Shown here one piece after another: positions 1 through 7,961 of a DNA stretch of 63,049 nt. The translations under genes were made by a program, and so were the position numbers. The notes under the pieces were generated by a model that was not told the origin of the DNA, searched no databases, and saw nothing but the letters and a program-made list of their open reading frames with translations. Source of the stretch: Clostridiales bacterium (GTDB lineage Bacteria > Bacillota > Clostridia > Acetivibrionales > DTU013); contig DAOSUL010000001.1 of assembly GCA_035378685.1 (NCBI GenBank), positions 1 to 63,049 on the forward strand. Direction: 5' to 3'. Numbering within the stretch: the stretch's first letter is position 1; each line of letters begins with the position of its first letter.

Positions 1-9
1 AAAATACCA

Positions 10-576
10 TTAAAACTCATTCTCGTAAAGCTTTTTATATATCAGGTAGCTGTTTCTTACTTTTTTCAAATATTTTTCCGTCTCCCTGAATGGTATCCTG
101 TCAAGGGACCTACCTGTAGAGCTCAGTTCTCTGTCGTTAAGCCACTTTGTGACATTCCCGCTGCCGGCGTTGTATGCGGCAAGGACCAGGTCCGTATCGC
201 CGAATTCATCATACAGCCATGAAAGGTACCAGCATCCTATGTTGATATTGACCTCCGGATCAAAAAGCATGTCTGTCGTATAATCCTTCAGCCCTATCTT
301 TTCAGCGCTCCACTTGCCCGTGCCCTCGGTGATCTGCATCAGGCCTCTTGCATTTTTTCGGGAAACGGCCGTGTGCCTGAAACTGCTCTCTGCCTTTATG
401 ACTGCGAGCACAAGATACGGGTCAAGATTATAGCGTTCTGAATATTTTATAACAAGATCGCGGTATTTCAGCGGATAAAAAATCCTGGCAACGTCATCGG
501 CAAACAGCATGGTCGCAGCAAACACAACTGCCATGATTACAACTGTTATCAGCTTTATCTTTCTTTTTCCAGCCAA
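10..576 (-). CDS. Membrane-anchored lytic transglycosylase (SLT domain)
   Basis: 188-aa ORF with an N-terminal hydrophobic helix. SLT-type motifs AESSF, GLMQI and AYNAG are present. Confidence 0.8.
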   Translation of the reverse strand: MAGKRKIKLITVVIMAVVFAATMLFADDVARIFYPLKYRDLVIKYSERYNLDPYLVLAVIKAESSFRHTAVSRKNARGLMQITEGTGKWSAEKIGLKDYTTDMLFDPEVNINIGCWYLSWLYDEFGDTDLVLAAYNAGSGNVTKWLNDRELSSTGRSLDRIPFRETEKYLKKVRNSYLIYKKLYENEF

Positions 577-635
577 ATGAAAACACCTCTTGAAGATTGA
601 TGGAAAACACCCTGTTGACGTCTATCACTGCACGG

Positions 636-1247
636 TTATTGCTGCCATTTTTGCTTTTTCGACAGAAACAGTCTGACTACCGCCTGTTCCAGTTCTTCGA
701 TGCTGTTATCGTTTCTGATCACTTCATCAGCCAGTTCCAGGTATTCGTCATCGCTCATTTGTGAGTCGATCCTGGCTGCAACTTCGTCATAAGTGTATCC
801 GCTTCTTTCCATGACCCGCCTGATCCTTGCCTCTTTGTCAGCAACGACTACCCAGATCTCGTCTGCAAGATCCTTAAAGCCTTTCTCTACCGGAATCGGC
901 GCGTCAATCACGATTGTATCCCATTTCCCTGTGCCCTTCAGGATTTCCACTGTGTCGTAAATTTTCTCAGCTATATATTTATGGGTGATGGCATTGAGCA
1001 TTTTCAGCTTTTCCGTGTCGGAAAACGCTGCTTTTGCCAGCTTTTTTCTGTCCAGTTCTCCGTCTTCACCCACTATTTCATTGCCAAAGTATCCAATAAG
1101 TTCGTTAAAGGCTTTTCCTCCTGCAGATGTCACACTTTTCGCCAGCACATCGGCATCGATCACTGCGGCACCGAGGTCCTTCAATATCCTTGCCACCGAG
1201 CTCTTCCCACTGCCGATGCCACCGGTTACTCCGATAATTTTCAACAT
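636..1247 (-). CDS. coaE: Dephospho-CoA kinase
   Basis: P-loop GVTGGIGSGKS near the N-terminus and CoaE-like length. I moved the start to ATG 1247, which follows GGAAAGG. The ORF-track start at 1289 would overlap the polA stop. Confidence 0.85.
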   Translation of the reverse strand: MLKIIGVTGGIGSGKSSVARILKDLGAAVIDADVLAKSVTSAGGKAFNELIGYFGNEIVGEDGELDRKKLAKAAFSDTEKLKMLNAITHKYIAEKIYDTVEILKGTGKWDTIVIDAPIPVEKGFKDLADEIWVVVADKEARIRRVMERSGYTYDEVAARIDSQMSDDEYLELADEVIRNDNSIEELEQAVVRLFLSKKQKWQQ

Positions 1248-1275
1248 TATCATCCTTTCCAGCCATTGTTCTGTT

Positions 1276-3966
1276 CTATTTTGTCTCATACCAGCTGGAT
1301 CCTGTTCTGACCTCAGCGACTAGCGGCACTTCCAGCCTGACCGCATTCTCCATGCATTCCTTCAGTATCCTCTCCACCTCCTCCTTCTCATCCACGCTCG
1401 TTTCGACGATCAGTTCGTCGTGTACCTGGAGTATCAGGGCCGATATCATTTTACGTGCCCGAAGTTCCTTATATACATTTACCATCGCGATCTTGATGAT
1501 GTCGGCGGCAGTCCCCTGTATGGGCATGTTCATGGCTACCCGCTCGCCAAAGGAACGTGTATTGAAACTGGACGATTTAAGTTCGGGCAGATACCTCCTC
1601 CTGCCGAATATGGTCTCCACGTAGCCGTGCTGCCTTCCGAACTCCACAACGTCGTGCATATATGCCCTGACGCCCGGATATCTGTCCAGGTAATCGTCGA
1701 TATATTTTCTCGCCTGTTTCCTGGTGATCCCCAGATCCCTCGAAAGGCTGAAATCCCCTATTCCATACACTATACCGAAGTTGACGGCTTTTGCCCGTGA
1801 ACGCATCAGAGGCGTGACCTGCTCCTTCGGCACCCTGAATACACTTGCTGCAGTGGCAGTGTGGATATCTTCGTTGTTCCGGAATGCTGCCCGCATGTTT
1901 TCGTCTCCCGCAATATGGGCCAGCACCCTCAGTTCTATCTGCGAATAGTCCGCATCAGTCAGCAGGAATTTCTCGTTCTCCGGAACGAAGACCTTCCTGA
2001 TTTCCCTTCCCATTTCAAGCCTGACAGGTATGTTCTGCAGGTTTGGTTCTGTGCTGCTTATCCTGCCTGTGGCAGTAACAGTCTGGTTGAAACTCGAATG
2101 TATGCGTTCCGTCGCAGGGTTGATCATGTTGAGCAGCCCGTCGGCATATGTGGTTTTCAGTTTGATGAGCTGCCTGTATTCGAGTATCCTTGAAACGATC
2201 TCATGTTCGCCTGCCAGTTGGTCAAGCACTTCTGCATCGGTCGAATAACCGGTCTTGGTCTTCTTTATGACCGGAAGCCCAAGCTTTTCGAAAAGGATCG
2301 CGCCAAGCTGTTTGGGAGAATTGATGTTGAATGTTTCACCGGCCAGTTGATATATGTCCCTTTCGGCAGTTCCTATCTTTTCATCCAGCCTGGACGAGTA
2401 TTCCTCAAGTCCCTGTCTGTTTACCCTGAACCCCCTGTATTCCATGTCTGCCAGTACTTCTATCAGGGGCATCTCGATTTCATAGCACAGTTTTTCCTGG
2501 CCGTTTGCCTTGATCTGTCCCCTGATCGCATCCGCGATCCTTGCAATGCTGCTGCTGTGCATCACTGCGACGGGAGCCACACGGTCCGCAGGCAGCAGGT
2601 AATAAGGAGTATAATTCTTACCTTTGCCGCAGAGATCCTCCACGGATTCGAACGTACTGCCCAGGTACAGCTGAGACAGATCGGACAGCGAATACGAACT
2701 TCGGGAAGGATCCAGTATGTAGGCGCCGATCATCGTATCGAAGCACAGTCCTTCAAACGCGACTCCTTTGCGTTTCAGATAAACCATTAGATTCTTGAGA
2801 TTGTGCCCGCATTTTTTTATACCTGCATCTGAGAACAGTTTTCCGAATATCCCGAGGAACTGCTCTTCACTGATGCCTGTCCCGATGCTGACATAAGCAT
2901 TGCTCCCGGCCCAAGTAAAAGCGATCCCCGACAGCCTGGTCTCGAACCGGCTGGTGTGATCGAGCAGATGGCATATCGATATTTCTCCTGCTTCAGCCAT
3001 TGAAGCAGCCAGCCCTGCAAGCGCAATGGGATCTTCAACGGTCGTGAATCCGGGTACTTCTGCCCGCACGGCTTCAATCCTTTCACTTGTGTCAAGGCCG
3101 AACTTCTCTATCATGCTTTTGAATCCCAGCCTTGTGAAAATCCCGTAAAGCCTGTCCCTGTCGATTTCTTTGCGCTTAAGTTCATCGAGCGGGCAAAGAT
3201 CAGGCACGTTCCTCTCGATGGTGGCAAGCCGACGGCTCATGAATGCCAGGTCCCTGTTGGCTTCAAGCTTTTCGCGCACTGCTTTTTTGCTGATGTTTTC
3301 TATATTTTCATATACTCCTTCAAGGGTACCGTAGGCCTGTATCAGCTCAAGAGCCGTTTTCTCGCCGATTCCCGGGACTCCCGGTATGTTGTCGGATTTG
3401 TCACCCATAAGAGCTTTCACGTCGATGAGCTGCGCCGGTGTCACACCATATCTTTCGAACACTGCAGCCGCATCGTAATACTCTGTTTCCGTCCTGCCGG
3501 CTCTTGTCACAGGTATTATGATCCTTGTAGTTTCAGATGCAAGCTGCAGTGAATCCCTGTCGCCTGTGACGATCACGACCTGCATTTTCCTGTCTTCGGC
3601 GCATTTTGAAACAGAGCCGATTATATCATCAGCCTCATATCCTTCAGCTTCAAGGCGTTTTATATTCATTGCATCCAGTATTTCTTTCGTATAGGGGACC
3701 TGTTCGGCGAGTTCGGGAGGCATCCCCTTCCTGTGGGCTTTATAGCCGGCGAATTCGCGGTGCCTGAACGTCGGAGCCCTGAGGTCGAAAGCCACGCATA
3801 TATACTGGGGATCTTCCTCTGCGAGGTACTTGTTCAGTATATTGAGGAACGCATATATGGCGTTGGTATGAAGCCCGTCCGCCGCAGTAAGCATCTGCGG
3901 ACCCTGAAGCCCGTAAAAGGCCCTGTTGAGTATGCTGTTTCCGTCGATCAGCATCAGTTTTTCCAT
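1276..3966 (-). CDS. polA: DNA polymerase I
   Basis: 896 aa with an N-terminal 5-prime nuclease region. Family-A polymerase motifs DYSQIELRVLAH and QVHDELIVE are present. GGAGGTG RBS lies upstream. Confidence 0.95.
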   Translation of the reverse strand: MEKLMLIDGNSILNRAFYGLQGPQMLTAADGLHTNAIYAFLNILNKYLAEEDPQYICVAFDLRAPTFRHREFAGYKAHRKGMPPELAEQVPYTKEILDAMNIKRLEAEGYEADDIIGSVSKCAEDRKMQVVIVTGDRDSLQLASETTRIIIPVTRAGRTETEYYDAAAVFERYGVTPAQLIDVKALMGDKSDNIPGVPGIGEKTALELIQAYGTLEGVYENIENISKKAVREKLEANRDLAFMSRRLATIERNVPDLCPLDELKRKEIDRDRLYGIFTRLGFKSMIEKFGLDTSERIEAVRAEVPGFTTVEDPIALAGLAASMAEAGEISICHLLDHTSRFETRLSGIAFTWAGSNAYVSIGTGISEEQFLGIFGKLFSDAGIKKCGHNLKNLMVYLKRKGVAFEGLCFDTMIGAYILDPSRSSYSLSDLSQLYLGSTFESVEDLCGKGKNYTPYYLLPADRVAPVAVMHSSSIARIADAIRGQIKANGQEKLCYEIEMPLIEVLADMEYRGFRVNRQGLEEYSSRLDEKIGTAERDIYQLAGETFNINSPKQLGAILFEKLGLPVIKKTKTGYSTDAEVLDQLAGEHEIVSRILEYRQLIKLKTTYADGLLNMINPATERIHSSFNQTVTATGRISSTEPNLQNIPVRLEMGREIRKVFVPENEKFLLTDADYSQIELRVLAHIAGDENMRAAFRNNEDIHTATAASVFRVPKEQVTPLMRSRAKAVNFGIVYGIGDFSLSRDLGITRKQARKYIDDYLDRYPGVRAYMHDVVEFGRQHGYVETIFGRRRYLPELKSSSFNTRSFGERVAMNMPIQGTAADIIKIAMVNVYKELRARKMISALILQVHDELIVETSVDEKEEVERILKECMENAVRLEVPLVAEVRTGSSWYETK

Positions 3967-4070
3967 ACGGCACCTCCGTCGCCCGTTTTTTCATCTATAT
4001 GTTTTGCCACAGGTATATGTTTTGCTACAGGCTATGCTTTCATCCAACAGGCATCCAATATATTCTACAC

Positions 4071-4099
4071 AAAAAAACGGCTGCCGTAAATGGCAGCCG
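4071..4099 (-). terminator. Rho-independent terminator after the sigma/anti-sigma pair
   Basis: Minus strand reads CGGCTGCC-ATTTAC-GGCAGCCG followed by TTTTTTT, about 20 nt after the anti-sigma stop. Confidence 0.8.
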
Positions 4100-4117
4100 C
4101 TCCTGTCCTGAATATAA

Positions 4118-5275
4118 CTATCTGGGGTTGATATATACATTGACCGTAACGAAGCCAGAACCAGCCCTCAGAGAATAGATCTGCCTGTCTACATCCTCTT
4201 TTTCCTTTCGCAGCCTGTCTATTTCCCCGACGCTGTCACCGTCTCCCTTCTCCTTCATTTCATTTATCAGCTGGTCGTATTCATTTGCCTTATCTATCAG
4301 CATGTTCAGTTCATCTGTCCTGTCTTCATGGACCATCGCACCGGTCTGTACGTTTGCCGCTCCGAACGTATCGTTGAGGGCAGCCGCGAAGTTGCCGAAA
4401 TCCGTCTCGGTAAAGGCCAGAACCAGTTTCAGTTGTGCCTGGGAATCCGTTCTGGATGTGTTTTTAACGGTTTGATTCAAAGGACTGTTCTGGACGGATC
4501 CCTGGTCGTGACCATAATCGGCTCTATCCCTGTAAAGCATGCCATTATTGTCCGTCGCCAGCGCAATGACGGTTTCCATGGCTGCCGCGGTATCTTCTGC
4601 ATTAACATACATTTCCGAGGTTTTAAAACTTACCGCCCCGTTTTGCTGCATCGTAAGGGCGTTCAGGCGTTCATGATCCTCAGAACGATTTATCTCAAAA
4701 GGCCTCGGACCCATCAGTTTATGGCCCGGTCCGCCGGTTTTCATCTCTTCTTCAGCCTCGTCCTTCATTGCTTCCGATCGCTCGTTGAACTGAATGTAAA
4801 AAGAACCTTCTTCCGTCATGGTAATCCCTGTGCTGCCGTCGAAAATCTCTCCTGCAGGTCTTTCTGATGCGCCGGCAGATGTTGCGTTTTGGTCTGTAAC
4901 GGCTTTTGATCCGAGTCTGGCTGAAAGCAATCCGAATCTCATGATGCTGCCGCCAAGGAAGATAAGGAGTATGCCTGCTGCGATCGATGCAAAGGTCTTC
5001 GCAGTCCACTTCCTCTTTGTTTTCTCAGCGCCTGATGCATTGAGATCTTTTGCAGCTGCGGTCAGTTTTTCATGGAGTCCGTCCCTGAACCCCTCGGGAA
5101 GGTCATACAAAGGCACGCTGCGGCAGAGCTTTATTATCCTGACCATTTCATCAAGCTCTTCCCTGCATTCGGGACAACTGCTTATATGTTCTTCGAATGA
5201 CTTTCTTTCAGCGGCACTTAATTCGTCATCTGCATACGCGCTGATATTTTCCCTTACATCCGCACAGTTCATCAT
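4118..5275 (-). CDS. Anti-sigma factor (zf-HC2 N-terminus, one TM helix, large extracytoplasmic domain)
   Basis: The N-terminus contains H-x3-C-x2-C (EEHISSCPEC), typical of zf-HC2 anti-sigma factors. TM segment FASIAAGILLIFLGGSIM follows. It lies directly downstream of the ECF sigma. Start set at ATG 5275 behind AAAGGAGGG. Confidence 0.75.
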   Translation of the reverse strand: MMNCADVRENISAYADDELSAAERKSFEEHISSCPECREELDEMVRIIKLCRSVPLYDLPEGFRDGLHEKLTAAAKDLNASGAEKTKRKWTAKTFASIAAGILLIFLGGSIMRFGLLSARLGSKAVTDQNATSAGASERPAGEIFDGSTGITMTEEGSFYIQFNERSEAMKDEAEEEMKTGGPGHKLMGPRPFEINRSEDHERLNALTMQQNGAVSFKTSEMYVNAEDTAAAMETVIALATDNNGMLYRDRADYGHDQGSVQNSPLNQTVKNTSRTDSQAQLKLVLAFTETDFGNFAAALNDTFGAANVQTGAMVHEDRTDELNMLIDKANEYDQLINEMKEKGDGDSVGEIDRLRKEKEDVDRQIYSLRAGSGFVTVNVYINPR

Positions 5276-5294
5276 CTCCAACCCTCCTTTCACC

Positions 5295-5891
5295 TTATTT
5301 GACGTAATCATCGGTCAAAAGTTCCGTTCTTGCCGACAAAACATTGCGAAGTGCCTGTCTTGCCCTGTTGATCCTCGATTTCACCGTACCACCCGGTATA
5401 TCGAGGATCTGTGCGATTTCTTCGTAACTCAGACCGTTGAGATCCCTCAGCGTTATCACTATCCTCTGATCTTCCGGCAGGCTGTTTATCGCGTCATTCA
5501 CGATGCTCCGCAGTTCCGCCCGCTCTGCCAGTTCATCAGGGAGGGGATCGTCACTGACGATCTGGCGCCTCATTTCACCGTCATCCATATGTATGTCCTC
5601 GTCGATCGAAATCACTTTCCTGTTCTTCCTTTTCCTTATTTCATCAAGACACACGTTTGTAGTGATCCTATAGACCCACGTTGAAAAAGACGATTGCTCC
5701 TTGAAACCGGAAATCGACCTGAACACCCTGATGAAGGCTTCCTGTGCAAGATCTGCGGCATCTTCCTGGTTGCCTGTCATCCTCAGGGCAAGATTGTATA
5801 CCTTTTTCTGATATGCTTCTATCAGCTGCTCAAAGGCTGCGACATCGCCAGCCTTGGCTTTGCTGATCAAAAGCCTCTCGTTTTGGTCCAT
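5295..5891 (-). CDS. ECF-type RNA polymerase sigma-70 family factor
   Basis: 198 aa with region 2 (DLAQEAFIRVF, FSTWVYRITTN) and a region 4 HTH (SYEEIAQILDIPGGTVKSRINRAR). Confidence 0.9.
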   Translation of the reverse strand: MDQNERLLISKAKAGDVAAFEQLIEAYQKKVYNLALRMTGNQEDAADLAQEAFIRVFRSISGFKEQSSFSTWVYRITTNVCLDEIRKRKNRKVISIDEDIHMDDGEMRRQIVSDDPLPDELAERAELRSIVNDAINSLPEDQRIVITLRDLNGLSYEEIAQILDIPGGTVKSRINRARQALRNVLSARTELLTDDYVK

Positions 5892-5947
5892 AGGATTTTG
5901 TGACCCCCTGCAAAAAATAAGCGTAAATTTACAAGCGCTCCTGTTAG

Positions 5948-5976
5948 ATTATACATTAATTATACGAACTTTGTAA
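5948..5976 (-). promoter_or_regulatory. Candidate sigma-A promoter upstream of the ECF sigma gene
   Basis: Minus strand reads TTACAA - 17 nt - TATAAT, about 57 nt upstream of the ATG. Confidence 0.4.
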
Positions 5977-6118
5977 CCACAAAAAAAATACAGCGCGGTA
6001 CAGGCATCCGGGCCAAAGATGAACCGTAACAGCATCCCGCCTGATGGATGAACCGTGACGACCTCCGGCCCTGGTACTGGTATCGGATATTTAAATCCAA
6101 AACACCGCCTGATTTCAC

Positions 6119-6352
6119 AAAAGCCGTGCAGGCGGCCGATCTGCATTTGGGATTGCTTCGTTAACAGCTGCAAGCCGGCTCATCCGCTCCAATGAGGGCG
6201 CTGGTCACTCGCCGTCCATGGCTCGGGACCAGCGCCGGCAGCGTCCGTGCTGCCGGTTGTGGTTCCTGGCGCCTCATTCGAGCTGCATGAGCCGGATGCA
6301 GCTGTAAAACTCGCAGCCCATCAATGCGTGATCGGTCACCTGCACGGCTTTT
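6119..6352. repeat. Copy 1 of a ~235-nt GC-rich imperfect-palindrome repeat family (orientation A)
   Basis: Terminal arms AAAAGCCGTGCAGG / CCTGCACGGCTTTT pair perfectly. The 104-nt core (6186-6289) differs at about 7 of 104 positions from the cores at 26986-27089 and 53455-53558 (reverse complement), by hand alignment. Confidence 0.9.
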
Positions 6353-6383
6353 GCCTGAATCCTTATGCATCCGGGTGGATCAG

Positions 6384-6794
6384 TCAGCATGCCCGATACC
6401 CGGGCCGACTGCCGCTTCGTACTCTTATTTGTGCCCGAAAAGTAACGCACCCACCCGGATAGCTAATAGTCACACAGCCGCACCTGGCAAGCATCGGGCC
6501 CATGAAAATGATCGAGGAACGCATCTCAGCCGCCAGTTCGACAGGGATCCTGGTCTCGTTCAGCCCTGCCGAATTCACGATTATCACATCGTCCTCGATT
6601 TTCACGCTGCAGCCTATCTTCCGTAGTATACTGATCATAATTTCGACATCTCTTATCCTGGGACAGTTTTTGATGACGCTTTCGCCGGCGTTAAGCAAAG
6701 ATGCTGCCAAAATCGGCAATACGGCATTTTTGGAGCCTTCGATCCCAATCTCGCCCTGGAGCCTGGCGCCTCCTGTAATAACCAACCTGCTCAT
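6384..6794 (-). pseudogene. murA: Truncated murA (UDP-N-acetylglucosamine 1-carboxyvinyltransferase), N-terminal ~116 codons only
   Basis: MSRLVITGG...GSKNAVLPILAA...SYPGGC matches the MurA N-terminus up to the catalytic-Cys motif. After codon 116 (about nt 6447) the frame reads unrelated sequence and stops at 6384. Full-length MurA is about 420 aa. The start has RBS GAGGTG. Confidence 0.8.
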
Positions 6795-6843
6795 AAAAAC
6801 ACCTCGCACACATTTCATCTTATGCGTTAAATTTACAATATGT

Positions 6844-7950
6844 TCAGATTCTTTCATATGAAGAGTAGCGCGAGATGTTGAGCAGTATGCCCGCTTCTGT
6901 CATAAAGAGGACAAGGGCCGTGCCGCCGGCACTGAAGAAGGGCAATGACACGCCCGTAGGCGGTACGGAATTCGTGACGACCGCCACGTTGAAAAGACTC
7001 TGGACGGCGATCAGCGCGGTAATGCCTGAAGCTATCAGGCACCCGTAAACATCAGGCGCATGGACCGCTATTTTGATCCCCCTCCAGATAAATATGAGAA
7101 ACAGCAACATAACCAGTAATGCTCCGATGAAACCCAGTTCCTCGGCAATAATCGGAAAAATATAGTCGTTATGCGGTTCAGGAACATACAGAAACTTCTG
7201 CATGCTCTGCCCCAGGCCTCTTCCAAACAGCCCACCGGAGGCGATGGCATACAGGGACTGAATGGTCTGATAACCGCTGCCGCGCGGATCGCTCCACGGG
7301 TCGATCCAGGAATTTATTCGCGGAGTCATGTAATCGGTAAATGAAATGACGGCTATGATCATTACGACGACGGGCACGAACAATATCGCAAAATGCCTGA
7401 TTTTTGCGCCTGCCACGAACAATATTATCATGGCTATGGAAATCATGATTATAGTTGCGCTCAGATGTGTTTCCAGCAGAAGAAGCACACATATGATGCC
7501 AAGAGCAAAAAGGTACGGCATCAGGTCTCTGAAAAACGAGTCAAGCGGTCTCTTCCTCCTGGACAGATTGTATGAAAAGAACAGTATAAGCGCCAGTTTG
7601 GCCAGCTCGGACGGCTGGAACCGGACACCGGCTATCACGACCCATCTCCGGGAATCGTTCGCTTCACTGCCGATACCCGGGATCAAAACGAGTATGAGAA
7701 GGACAACGCTTACCAAAAACAACGCCCATACTGTTTTCCTGCCTATCTTGTGATAGTCGTAATTTGCCGCAAGCATCATGGAGACCATGCCGATGGCGGC
7801 AAAGACCAACTGCCTTTTAATATAATAGTATATGTTCCCTGTCTCTTTTTCAGCCATTGGGGCACTTGCGCTGAAAACCATGATAAGTCCCAGCGAAAGC
7901 AGTATCAGTACAGTTATGAACAAAATAAAATCAAACGGCTTCTTTTTCAT
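6844..7950 (-). CDS. ftsW: SEDS-family cell-division protein FtsW/SpoVE
   Basis: 368-aa polytopic membrane protein with SEDS signatures (QPSELAK, PEPHNDYIF, GVSLPFFSAGG). It sits in the dcw cluster after mraY. Confidence 0.9.
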   Translation of the reverse strand: MKKKPFDFILFITVLILLSLGLIMVFSASAPMAEKETGNIYYYIKRQLVFAAIGMVSMMLAANYDYHKIGRKTVWALFLVSVVLLILVLIPGIGSEANDSRRWVVIAGVRFQPSELAKLALILFFSYNLSRRKRPLDSFFRDLMPYLFALGIICVLLLLETHLSATIIMISIAMIILFVAGAKIRHFAILFVPVVVMIIAVISFTDYMTPRINSWIDPWSDPRGSGYQTIQSLYAIASGGLFGRGLGQSMQKFLYVPEPHNDYIFPIIAEELGFIGALLVMLLFLIFIWRGIKIAVHAPDVYGCLIASGITALIAVQSLFNVAVVTNSVPPTGVSLPFFSAGGTALVLFMTEAGILLNISRYSSYERI

Positions 7951-7961
7951 AAATGCCCTCT

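Noticed and set aside
6119-6352. Whether the repeats could be DGR template/variable repeats, a retron msr/msd, an IscB/TnpB omega-RNA remnant or a CRISPR-like array.
   Set aside because: Differences between copies are not adenine-specific. No reverse transcriptase, IscB/TnpB or cas gene is present in 63 kb. The copies are tens of kb apart with no spacer-repeat periodicity. Solo omega-RNA-like remnants cannot be fully excluded without a profile search.
6161-6370. Short ORFs of 63-76 aa inside each repeat copy (6161-6370, 26886-27116, 53437-53628, plus part of 26787-27107), sharing peptides such as ALVPSHGRRVT and SMARDQRRQ.
   Set aside because: The similarity reflects nucleotide identity of the repeat, not protein conservation. 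The ORFs differ in start, stop and frame usage between copies, have no RBS, and span a palindrome, so both strands give ORFs.
6004-6375. 9-nt direct repeat GCATCCGGG at 6004-6012 and 6367-6375, which could be a target-site duplication of a ~350-bp insertion containing repeat copy 1.
   Set aside because: No equivalent flanking duplication exists at copies 2 or 3. GCATCCG-like strings also occur inside the element. A single 9-mer match in GC-rich sequence is weak evidence.
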